Below are positions 8,993-18,031 of a DNA stretch of 32,000 bases, one piece after another (the stretch's first letter is position 1; each line of letters opens with the position of its first letter). The position numbers and the translations under genes were made by a program. A model generated the notes under the pieces. That model was not told the origin of the DNA. It worked only from the letters and a program-made list of their open reading frames with translations, and ran no database searches. This DNA is from Candidatus Harpocratesius repetitus (GTDB lineage Archaea; Asgardarchaeota; Lokiarchaeia; Sigyniarchaeales; Promethearchaeaceae): NCBI GenBank assembly GCA_021498095.1, contig JAIZWK010000001.1, positions 2,640,001 to 2,672,000 of the forward strand, read 5' to 3'.

Positions 8993-9525
8993 GATAAATT
9001 TTTTTACTAATTGTTCAGTATGGCTTAATAAGAAAGAAAAATTTAATTTTTAATTTAAAGAGGATCTAACAATTTTTATTATTGTAAAGATTTTTAATTT
9101 TACGGCTCAATATTGCTCTGATTTTATATTTTTATCCTGTTTTTATTTAGTCGGTTTTTTTGGAATAATATTTAGTGAAATACTAAACATCATAAAGGAT
9201 AGCAAGGATTTTATCTGTATTCTAATTATTAGTGACAAATTGATAAAAACCAGACTTTGGTGAAATGGGCAAATATTTATTGTTTAATTACTAGCAGATT
9301 GAAAAAGACCAAATTTAACCTAATCACCAAATGATATTGCAAGAATATCGAGATTGGCTTGTGGATCTATTTTTTCAAACTTTTGATTTATAACGAAATT
9401 AACATTTACCAGAACCAGATGGTGGATGAGAATAATGTAATAAAATTTATTTCAATGGGGACCTTAAAAAAAGATTTTTTGTGAATTCCGGAAGGCTTAT
9501 AACAAGAAAATCAAAAGCTGTAATA

Positions 9526-10854
9526 ATGAAAATAGTTTTTGTAATCACTTCCCGGGGAACTGTTGCTATTACAGTTAATTCAGGTGATTCGGTTAATGAT
9601 TTAATTAAACGAGTGAGGGAAGCTTCTGGAGTGAATTATCAATCTTTTGATCTTTATACCCCACTTGGTATAATTAGTAATGATAATTCAGATATTTATA
9701 ATTTGATTAATGATCAATCAAAAGTAAAATTTTTTGAGAAGGATTTTATTATAAATTTAGAAATTGATAAAAGAATTAAAGGGTCTAATTATGGAATTTT
9801 GTATCTCGATAATATAAAATTAACAAAAGTACCAATGGACAAAATCCAAATTCTAAATAATAAAGAAAATATACGTGTACTCAATTTATCTTATAATCGA
9901 CTTGGAATTTTACCAGAGAGCATAGGTAATCTTAAGTACCTTCAACAACTGAGAATAAACGATAATGAATTAAGTTCTCTCCCTGAGAGTATAGCTAAGC
10001 TCACCAACCTACAGATATTAGGAATTAATTATAATCTATTGTCTTTTCTCCCAGGAAGTATAGGAAATCTAGTTAACCTTACATACCTTAGTCTAGAAGG
10101 TAATTTATTAACTACTCTTCCAGAGAGTATAGGTAAGCTTGTCAACCTTAAAGAATTGAATTTAGAAGGTAATAAAATAACTACTCTCCCAGAGAGTATT
10201 GGTGACTTAACTAACCTCCAAAAATTGTATATTAATAGAAATCAATTAAATTCTATACCTGAGAGTATAAGTAAGCTTGTCAATCTTAAAGAATTGTATT
10301 TAGAATATAATGAATTAACTACTCTCCCAGAGAGTATAGGTAAGCTTGTCAACCTTAAAGAATTGTATTTAGAATATAATGAATTAACTACTCTCCCAGA
10401 GAGTATAGGTGACTTAACTAACCTCCAAAAATTGTATATTCATAGTAATCAATTAAATTCTATACCTGAAAATATCGGAGATTTAACTAACCTTCAAGAA
10501 TTTCAAATTAATAATAATCAGCTAAAGTCTCTTCCCGAAAGTATAGGAAAGTTAACTAATCTCCAAAAATTGTATATTCATGGTAATCAATTAAATTCTA
10601 TACCAGAGAATATAGATAATCTGAGGTCCCTCAAAAGTTTATATATTACGAATAACAAATTAACATCTCTTCCAGAGACCCTGGGTAATTTGGCTAAGTT
10701 GACTTATCTTGATATTGAGGATAATAAAATAGTTAAATTGCCGGATAGTATAACTAAATTGAAGCTAAAAACCTTAAATATACAAAGAAATCCACTTAAA
10801 TTATCAAGAAAGATCAAAAAATGGATTAAATCAATAGATAATGTGCATCGATAA
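9526..10854 (+). CDS. Leucine-rich-repeat protein with an N-terminal ubiquitin-like domain
   Basis: About 14 LRRs of 23 aa (LxxLPESIGxLxNLxxLxLxxN). The N-terminus from ATG 9526 aligns without gaps to ubiquitin residues 1-36. The ATG start is preferred over the track's GTG at 9481. LRR certain; UBL probable. Confidence 0.85.
   Translation: MKIVFVITSRGTVAITVNSGDSVNDLIKRVREASGVNYQSFDLYTPLGIISNDNSDIYNLINDQSKVKFFEKDFIINLEIDKRIKGSNYGILYLDNIKLTKVPMDKIQILNNKENIRVLNLSYNRLGILPESIGNLKYLQQLRINDNELSSLPESIAKLTNLQILGINYNLLSFLPGSIGNLVNLTYLSLEGNLLTTLPESIGKLVNLKELNLEGNKITTLPESIGDLTNLQKLYINRNQLNSIPESISKLVNLKELYLEYNELTTLPESIGKLVNLKELYLEYNELTTLPESIGDLTNLQKLYIHSNQLNSIPENIGDLTNLQEFQINNNQLKSLPESIGKLTNLQKLYIHGNQLNSIPENIDNLRSLKSLYITNNKLTSLPETLGNLAKLTYLDIEDNKIVKLPDSITKLKLKTLNIQRNPLKLSRKIKKWIKSIDNVHR
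10123..10467 (+). repeat. Near-identical 69-bp LRR-encoding units
   Basis: 10261-10329 vs 10330-10398 are 67/69 identical; 10192-10260 vs 10399-10467 are 66/69 identical. Confidence 0.9.
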
Positions 10855-10906
10855 AAATACCTCTGCTTCCATGTTCAACAACTGAAATAAAAAGGAAAAA
10901 GGTTAT

Positions 10907-12652
10907 ATGAAGATAAAAAAAGCGACCATTGTCAAAAATGCAATAATATATACTCTTGATCAGAGCAACTCAATTTTTGAATCAATGCTGATTATCGATG
11001 GATTTATAGAAAAATTAGGAACAATAGAAGAAATTGATGAATTTTGGAGAGATTATTATAAGAAAAATAATTCTTTAAAATTCAATGTTGAACTAAATGA
11101 AATTGATTTACAAAAGAAATTCGTCTATCCAGGCTTTATTGATGCGCATCTTCATCCTATTACTTGTATTGTAAATAATACATGCTTTAATTGTGAAAAT
11201 CTCCGTTCATTTGAAGAATTTGCACAAGGATTAAAGAATTTTGCTAGAAAACTTTTCACAATAAATACACCTGTATCATCAGGTGAAAATCAAAAATATT
11301 CTTCAGATCAGTGGATAGTCGCGATTAAGTTCAATGAACAAAATTTCACCGATCCTAATCAACGAATTCTACCAAATCGCTGGAATTTAGATGATGTTAT
11401 TTCTTCACATCCTATAGTGGTTTATCGCTACGATTTACATATTGTTTGTTTGAACTCAAGAGCTTTAGAAATTCTTGGAATAGATAATTCACCTTATTCT
11501 TTAGATTCAAGACATAAAATTCAATATGGAGAAATTAGAGTGGATAAAAATGGCATTCCAAATGGGCTCTTAACCGAAGATGCGATGAAACTACTCGATC
11601 CTATGATTCCCATACCAACTAAATCTGAATTAATAGATGCGATGAATAGATTTTCTTTTGAATTAGGATCTCATGGGATAACTGCTATAGGTGCAGTAGT
11701 TTCAGAGCAATATCTCCCAATATTAGAAAAGTTGGATTTTTTTAAATCTTTTCCCCAAGATGTCGCTTTTTATTTCAATGTTAAAGAAATCTCTAATGTA
11801 ATTTCGTTACGAAAGAAAATCCAAGTAATTTCATCAAAAAAAGATCACATTTCTGTAAATGGATTAAAAAGATTTATGGATGGCTCGTTTGGAGCAAAAA
11901 CCGCTTGGTTATATCAACCTTACAATAATTTAGGAGAAACGGATACAAAAACAAACGATACTTTTTTATCGGGAATGTGTGCTACAAATTTGGAACAATT
12001 AGCAAGGGATCTTAAAGAAGCTTCTAAACAAGAATTAGATGTAATGGTGCATGCGATAGGAGATCGCGCTAATAAAGAACTTGTTGCATTGATTTCTAAT
12101 CATTGGAAAAAATTTAATCTAAAATCTAATAAACATAATTTTCCTCGTATTAGAATTGAACATGCATCAATGTTGTCAATCGAAGTTATTAGAGAAATGG
12201 CCAAGTTAAATATAATTCCTGTATCGCAACCGGAATTTATCCGAAGTGAATCTTCTTGGTTGATTGATTATATTGGAGACGAGAGAATAAAGATAACATA
12301 TCCTTTTCGAGATTTAATTAAACATGGATTACCTTTAGCAGGAGCATCAGATGCGCCAGTTGAATCTTTAAGTGTTTTGCGTGCTTTACAAGATTGCATT
12401 TTACGTTTTGGATTAAATCCCAGTCAATCAATTTCTATACAAGATGCACTTAAATTATATACTCAAAATGCAGCTTATGCAATTCATCAAGAACATATAA
12501 GAGGAACGTTAGAAAAGGGAAAAATCGCAGATTTTATTGTTTTCAAAGATGATCTTTTAAAAATAAACCCAAAAGAAATAGATAAAATAAAAATTTATCA
12601 AACATACCATAGAGGTATTTGTATTTTTGATAATAATATAAAAAGAGCTTAG
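10907..12652 (+). CDS. Amidohydrolase family 3 (YtcJ-like) metal-dependent hydrolase
   Basis: PGFIDAHLH, KRFMDGSFGAKTA, VHAIGDRA, RIEHAS, ASDAP and GTLEKGKIADF. Confidence 0.92.
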   Translation: MKIKKATIVKNAIIYTLDQSNSIFESMLIIDGFIEKLGTIEEIDEFWRDYYKKNNSLKFNVELNEIDLQKKFVYPGFIDAHLHPITCIVNNTCFNCENLRSFEEFAQGLKNFARKLFTINTPVSSGENQKYSSDQWIVAIKFNEQNFTDPNQRILPNRWNLDDVISSHPIVVYRYDLHIVCLNSRALEILGIDNSPYSLDSRHKIQYGEIRVDKNGIPNGLLTEDAMKLLDPMIPIPTKSELIDAMNRFSFELGSHGITAIGAVVSEQYLPILEKLDFFKSFPQDVAFYFNVKEISNVISLRKKIQVISSKKDHISVNGLKRFMDGSFGAKTAWLYQPYNNLGETDTKTNDTFLSGMCATNLEQLARDLKEASKQELDVMVHAIGDRANKELVALISNHWKKFNLKSNKHNFPRIRIEHASMLSIEVIREMAKLNIIPVSQPEFIRSESSWLIDYIGDERIKITYPFRDLIKHGLPLAGASDAPVESLSVLRALQDCILRFGLNPSQSISIQDALKLYTQNAAYAIHQEHIRGTLEKGKIADFIVFKDDLLKINPKEIDKIKIYQTYHRGICIFDNNIKRA

Positions 12653-12661
12653 AGATCCTTA

Positions 12662-12853
12662 TTATTTTTGAGATTGTTCATGACACCATTGCTCTTTGCA
12701 TTGGCGGGAGCAAAATTTGTGCTCAGGTGGATCTTGGCTGATATTTTTATGTACAACATGTCGTTTTGGAAGAGGTTTTCCGCAATAATTGCATTTTTCG
12801 GGCTGTTTAATTGATTTTGGTAATATGATATCAGAAAAATTTGATACTCCCAT
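12662..12853 (-). CDS. Small TRASH/MYM(FCS)-type zinc-finger protein
   Basis: CNYCGK...HKFCSRQCK (CxxC...FCSxxC). Confidence 0.75.
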   Translation of the reverse strand: MGVSNFSDIILPKSIKQPEKCNYCGKPLPKRHVVHKNISQDPPEHKFCSRQCKEQWCHEQSQK

Positions 12854-12985
12854 AAAAAATTTAATATGAAATTATTCTTTAAATTATCGAAAAAACTTCA
12901 AGTGTGCTTCAACAGCAAAAAAATTTTTGATCAAACTTAATCATTGATCGCTTAATTTATATAGATCTTTCCTAAATTTAATTCT

Positions 12986-13711
12986 ATGGTGACCATCTCC
13001 GAAATATCACGCCTTCTTGGAGTTACTCCCGCAACTCTGCGCAGATGGGATAGAAACGGATACCTCGTTCCAAAAAGAACTTTTGGAAATCACCGCCGAT
13101 ACTCATGGGAACAGTTGGCGGATTTTCTGCTCGAATCGGTTAATCTACCCTGCTAACAAGCGGAGGAAACTGTAAAATCGACCTATATCTATGCAAGAGT
13201 TTCATCGTTCAAGCAGAAAAAGGATGGAAATCTTGACAGACAGGTCGAACGATTGAAAAAATATCACAAAGAGCATTTTACTGATGAATCACCTGCCAAA
13301 GTAATTAAAGAATACGGCTCTGGACTGAATCCGATGCGTCGAGGGTTGTGGCGGCTGCTGAAGCAAAATGAGCAGAGGAAGATGGCACGGGTGCTGATTG
13401 CTTATAAAGATCAGCTCACAAGATTCGGATTTCCGTTTTTAGAATATGTTTGCAGAATTTACGATGTGCCGATAATCGAGGTGGAGCGTGGATTGAATAC
13501 TTCTTTAGAGGAACAGCTGGTGACGGATTTGATGGCGCTGATTGCGTCGTTTTCGGGCAAATTGTATCAGTTGCGGGCGCTTCAGGCAAAAGGCTACGAT
13601 AGAGAGGAGAAAGAGCGGGAAAGAATTGATGCCATTATCGAGAGGTATGTTAGGAGGGATTCGGAAAGAAAACTGAGCAAGTTGACAAGTTATGGAGTCT
13701 ACGAGAAGTAA
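12986..13711 (+). pseudogene. tnpA: IS607-family serine recombinase TnpA with an in-frame TAA at 13154-13156
   Basis: ATG 12986 begins a MerR-like HTH (ISEISRLLGVTPATLRRWDRNG...GNHRRY), then TAA, then in the same frame YARVSS, LDRQVERL, GSGLN, YKDQLTRFGF and LVTDLMALIASFSGKLY. The catalytic YARVS segment has no start codon of its own. Confidence 0.9.
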
Positions 13712-13845
13712 AAGAGATTCCGATTGAATTTACCCATAACCCAAGGCTGTGGATTAACATTTCAAATCTTCCTCACATCCCTCATATTTCCTTTCTACCG
13801 ATTGAGCTTTGGGACTGCACCCAGTTTGAAAACAGCGAATCATTC

Positions 13846-14100
13846 ATGTATGATTTTGATTCTTTCATCCATCCCCGAAAGCAAGAGAATATCGAGCGTT
13901 ATAAGGAGTGGGAGAAGCTATTTTTTGAAGAATACGGGTTTGAAACAGTTTGGACCGCTGAGCGGATTAAATTTATGGATTATGCGTTAATTGCTGCGGA
14001 GCAAATTCCAGAAAAAGAACTGCGTGAAGAATTTATAAGGTGGGCAAAAAAGTTCAGACCCAGATTTAAATTGAAAAGCGGTTATGAATTGATAATGTAA
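13846..14100 (+). CDS. Hypothetical protein; frame is open from 13654
   Basis: 84-aa ORF with the same GC-rich composition as tnpA and 64 more sense codons upstream without an ATG. Confidence 0.55.
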   Translation: MYDFDSFIHPRKQENIERYKEWEKLFFEEYGFETVWTAERIKFMDYALIAAEQIPEKELREEFIRWAKKFRPRFKLKSGYELIM

Positions 14101-14112
14101 ATCTTCTGATAA

Positions 14113-15679
14113 ATGAGAACAACACATTTAGAAAAGTCAACAAGTAAAATTAAAATAAAAACCTCGGATACTAATCAAATATCTTTATCAGAATATACAG
14201 CCAGAAAGAATTTTGAGCAGAGAAAATTGATAAAACATTCAAACAGTACTGTAAAAGCGGTTGCTCTACTTCAGCAGAAAAAAAACCAGATAGAAAATTA
14301 ATTTAAAATTGAGGGTATTTTAAATTTCAAAGATTCGAATTTTTTCATTTCATCATCTTAATTCTTCCGACTCAAATCTAAAATATCCTTCCTTATTTTT
14401 TGTCGATTTTACCAAGGTGCTAAATTTAAGATATGTAATTCAAAAATTATAATAAAATAGACATTAGATTGAAGAATTTATAAACAGGATGGTAAATTTT
14501 TAATAAATTTTTTGAAAAAATCGAGTTCGACAAAAAAAGAATTGCGATATTTCAGATATAAGTCGGATATATATGAATGATATTCAAAAAAGCGTTTAAA
14601 TTAAAAAAGATAAAATATCCTCAATTAAAAATATTAAAGAATGTACTCGAGCTTCCTAATACTTACTCAAAAAATCATATATGAAGCGCGTCATCAATAA
14701 TAAATCAACCAGATTAAACCGAAACATTGCCCATAATTTATTCCGTGCTGTTTTCCGTTCATCTGAAGCGTCAATTAATCACTGTCTGCAAAATGAAGAT
14801 CTAAAGCAATCGGTAATATCGTATATACAGAATCTTTGGCCTTCTGTTGGATCTCAATTTTTCATACACGAAAACAATCCTAATTCATCATTTATCAAAA
14901 ATATTTTCAAAATGCATTCCCGAATCAATTTTGAAAGCTTATGGAAGTATAAAGCGACCAAAGGTGAATCATTTGCTCTTGAAAAAGTCCGATGGCTTCG
15001 CGGCTTACTACCTGATTACACCCAAGAAATGGGAAGCATGAAGGGAATAAATGTGAAATATGTTCCTGCAGCCTATACTTCAAAACTGAGCATAAACGGA
15101 ACCGAAGGCAAAAAAGGATTTCTCATGGCTTTTCATAATAATAGAATATTTCCTGTAAAAGGACCGGGATATACTGTCAATTTTAATGAATTTGCTGCTT
15201 TTATTTTGAAAAATCCTGATAAATACGAGTATAATTTTACGGCTCCTACAAAAATAATTGAATCATGTAAAAATTACTTCAATTCTAAAAAAAATAAAAC
15301 TAATATCGTCTTTGTTTCAGCTTCTCAAGGAAATACGTTTTTTTATGAAAATACAGTTAAATCTGAAAATGATGAAAAACCAAAAGCAGAAAAATTTATC
15401 GTCGATCGAGATGTTAACGGCGCTTAAAACATTGCCAGATATAATAAATTGAAATATTTTGAAGAAACGGTAAATTTGCAGATTGATCGATACAAAAATA
15501 CAGGAAAAAGAAATTCAAAATCCATGAAAAGTGGACAAATAAACTTTTCAGCGGTTTGCTTAAGGTTTTGGATACATCCTTCGGCAGTTATCATCCATAC
15601 GGTTCGTTATAATGGTTCGATTGGCGTGAATTATCAAATCAAATCAAACCTAAAATTTTATCAACTTAGAAACGAATAA
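14113..15679 (+). pseudogene. tnpB: Decayed TnpB/Cas12-like RuvC nuclease
   Basis: GINVKYVPAAYTSK (15044-15085) and DRDVNGA*NIAR (15404 onward), with the frame continuing past TAA 15425-15427 to 15679. Further in-frame stops and probable frameshifts lie upstream of 14681. The 5' limit is uncertain. Confidence 0.72.
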
Positions 15680-15699
15680 TTTTACTACTTGGTGAAATT

Positions 15700-16347
15700 A
15701 TGAATTTAAAAAAATTTATTCGGTTTCTTTTAAAATCTAGCATCAAAATTATTTCTTTATCTATAACACTTACGTTATTAATTGGAAGTATTTCAATTTT
15801 TACAGTTCTCTCTGATCCTGCGAACATCACGGCAGATTGGGAGAATATGGATATAAATATTGGTCCTACTGGAAATCGATTTGCTTTAAACATGACCTTC
15901 GAAAATTCAGGTTATTTTGATTTCGATAATTTCACAATATTTGTACAATTCACTCTTGAGAATAAAACATCTCATGAAAATTTCACAATTTTAAACGAAA
16001 TATTATTCCAAGACACACTAACATCCAAAAATCAACATGTTCTTCATCTTCTTGCTTTAGAAAGTGATTTCCAAACATTGCATTTGTTAAGTGATAATGG
16101 AAATTCTTGGAATGATCCAGACGTTCAAGTTTATATAGATAATGGAACAATATCTGAAGAAAATGCGTCAATTTTTGTTTACCCATATCTTCTTTGGCAT
16201 TATGATATTCACTTTTCACTAGGTATTCAATCTACGTATTTCTTAAACCTAATTACAATTGGTTTGCAAATTCAGTATCTTTATACCTATGATGATGCAG
16301 GTTTTACTTCAGATTATCCTACTTACAAAGATTCATTATTACCCTAA
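15700..16347 (+). CDS. Membrane-anchored exported protein (possibly LEA_2/Ig-like beta fold)
   Basis: N-terminal TM helix followed by a beta-rich region (ALNMTFENSGYFDFDNFTIFVQF). The fold is a guess. Confidence 0.7.
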   Translation: MNLKKFIRFLLKSSIKIISLSITLTLLIGSISIFTVLSDPANITADWENMDINIGPTGNRFALNMTFENSGYFDFDNFTIFVQFTLENKTSHENFTILNEILFQDTLTSKNQHVLHLLALESDFQTLHLLSDNGNSWNDPDVQVYIDNGTISEENASIFVYPYLLWHYDIHFSLGIQSTYFLNLITIGLQIQYLYTYDDAGFTSDYPTYKDSLLP

Positions 16348-16457
16348 AAAAAAGCAGAGTGTAATTAAAAAAACTAAGAATTATAAATAAAATTTAACAA
16401 CAAATCAAAAGGGATATAATTATCGGATACAGAAAGGAAAAGGATGAGAGCTAAAAT

Positions 16458-17102
16458 ATGAATAAGGTTGTAGGAAATATTATCAAGGGATTTTTTGCAG
16501 CAGTAATGAATTGGTTCGTAAAAGTTACTATTCCAATTGCTATTTTTACCTACCTCTCGGGATACGACGTTTTAGGAATTGAAATTTTTTCTGAAGAAAA
16601 GGTAGCAATAATCACTTATTGGATCTGGGGTGTTGGAATTATAACTACTGCGATTCGATTTTGGGTTGCCAGTAGTCCGAAGTATTCAGTTAGAAAAGCT
16701 ATTGCAGAGATTTTTCTCTTAGCTGCAAATCTCTTTTATATGTATGTGTACCGTTTTTCGGGGATAATGGAATTTGAGAATATATCAATTTCACTTACTG
16801 AAAAACTTAGTACTTCCATATCTTTGAATTTAAACAATTTAATTTATGCATCTATGGGACTTATGGGTTTAAATATCATTATCTATTTGTATGATTTAAT
16901 TTTGGCGATTTTTAGCCCAATTGAACCAAATTCTAATAAAAATGAGAAAGAAATCAAGAAATCACAAAAAAAATCTAAAAAAAGAAATACAAATAGAAAC
17001 GTGTCCAAGAGTAAAAAGAAAAATACTATGAATTACGAACATGAATCTAAAAGTCATAAAAAATTAGAATATAAATCAGTATTTGGTGATGATATAAAAT
17101 GA
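16458..17102 (+). CDS. Hypothetical membrane protein (about 4 TM) with a Lys-rich tail
   Basis: Hydrophobic segments and a KKSQKKSKKR tail. Confidence 0.75.
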   Translation: MNKVVGNIIKGFFAAVMNWFVKVTIPIAIFTYLSGYDVLGIEIFSEEKVAIITYWIWGVGIITTAIRFWVASSPKYSVRKAIAEIFLLAANLFYMYVYRFSGIMEFENISISLTEKLSTSISLNLNNLIYASMGLMGLNIIIYLYDLILAIFSPIEPNSNKNEKEIKKSQKKSKKRNTNRNVSKSKKKNTMNYEHESKSHKKLEYKSVFGDDIK

Positions 17103-17431
17103 GATTATTAAAAATATTAAAAATGATATGGTTTCTTCAAGTTCCAGACTTTACTGAAATATTAGAGAAGATTTATACTGCTATTGAAATAATTTTACCG
17201 TATTTAGTTCCATTTATGAATTTTGTACAACCTTTGGTCTCTAGTTTTGGAAATTTCTTACGGAATTTAATTGCACCGTTTTATAGTAGCTTAAATTTAC
17301 CTGCAGATTATTATATTACAAGGAATTTTATTCCATATTACATAATTGGTGGAGTTATTTTGTTATTTGCAATATTTGCTGCAATTAAATGGCCAAAACA
17401 AATGAATATAAAGAAAAAAGATGAAAGTTAG
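17099..17431 (+). CDS. Small hypothetical membrane protein
   Basis: 4-nt overlap with the upstream gene; C-terminal TM helix. Confidence 0.65.
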   Translation: MRLLKILKMIWFLQVPDFTEILEKIYTAIEIILPYLVPFMNFVQPLVSSFGNFLRNLIAPFYSSLNLPADYYITRNFIPYYIIGGVILLFAIFAAIKWPKQMNIKKKDES

Positions 17432-17472
17432 AAAGAAAAATTCTTTTTTGGTGTGAACTTAAATAATTTATA

Positions 17473-17967
17473 ATGCGTGTAATTGTAAAATTTCGTTCGA
17501 TGTTTAATCTTGTATGGGGTTCTAACGTTTCTGGTTATAAAGCCTTTGCTTTTGTGAAAGGTTTTCCTGCGACTTTTTTTTTAACAGAACGTCGAGCGAT
17601 AATTGTTGGTAATTTTATGGAAAAAATGGGATGGTTTCATAAAAAGAAAGTTCATAGAGTTATTTTTGAAGCCAGTTTGCAATATTTAAAAGAATTTAAA
17701 ATGAAAATTGATCCTCCAAGACGAATTTTTACTGCATTTTTATCTTTTCATGCTCATGGGCAATTACAAGAAGATAGTGTTATTCAATTTATGAAAATAA
17801 AACCTGAAATTGGTAAGATAATCGAAGAATATGTGAAGGATCTTAAGATTAAAAATCCTATAGAAGACTCAGGTATTATTTTAGTTGATGAGAATGCACC
17901 TCCAATTCAACAATGGTTGAATAAAAGATTTGGAAGTAAAAAAGGAACACCAAATTTGACTTTTTAA
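17473..17967 (+). CDS. Hypothetical protein, possibly PH-like fold
   Basis: 164 aa; FFLTERRAIIV resembles the L.LT..Rli motif of PH-like (GRAM/GLUE/bacterial PH) domains. Confidence 0.7.
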   Translation: MRVIVKFRSMFNLVWGSNVSGYKAFAFVKGFPATFFLTERRAIIVGNFMEKMGWFHKKKVHRVIFEASLQYLKEFKMKIDPPRRIFTAFLSFHAHGQLQEDSVIQFMKIKPEIGKIIEEYVKDLKIKNPIEDSGIILVDENAPPIQQWLNKRFGSKKGTPNLTF

Positions 17968-18031
17968 TCAATATTTTTGCCTTTTTTATTTAGATGAGAT
18001 TATTCCTTTTTTATTTTAAAAAATTTTTTTC

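Larger units (their letters stand above)
12986..15679 (+). mobile_element. Degenerate IS607-type locus (tnpA + unknown ORF + tnpB-like remnant); ends not defined
   Basis: tnpA followed by a TnpB-like remnant is the IS607 gene order. The tnpA part is visibly GC-richer than the host (33/60 G+C in 13321-13380). No terminal repeats were identified. Confidence 0.65.

Noticed and set aside
9481-9525. GTG start for the LRR gene
   Set aside because: The ubiquitin-like alignment begins exactly at ATG 9526, and the extra 15 codons add nothing recognisable.
8993-9525. Hidden gene in the long gap before the LRR gene
   Set aside because: Only very short frames (e.g. MILQEYRDWLVDLFFQTFDL; HPPSGSGKC on the minus strand), with no support for a gene or P-loop remnant.
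12854-12985. IS607 left-end repeats
   Set aside because: No convincing direct or inverted repeat shared with the region near 15600-15700 could be found by eye.
15044-15085. Fanzor/pro-Fanzor-type rearranged RuvC-II
   Set aside because: Those proteins carry the catalytic Glu just before YTS (E.YTS); here the motif is VPAAYTS with no Glu.
13154-15427. Programmed readthrough of the TAA codons in tnpA/tnpB
   Set aside because: UAA is not a Sec or Pyl codon, host genes end in TAA normally, and the tnpB region has many stops plus frameshifts, so decay is the simpler explanation.
15545-15680. omegaRNA scaffold at the tnpB 3' end
   Set aside because: Slightly GC-richer with short stems (tggat/atcca), but no fold I can support without homologues.
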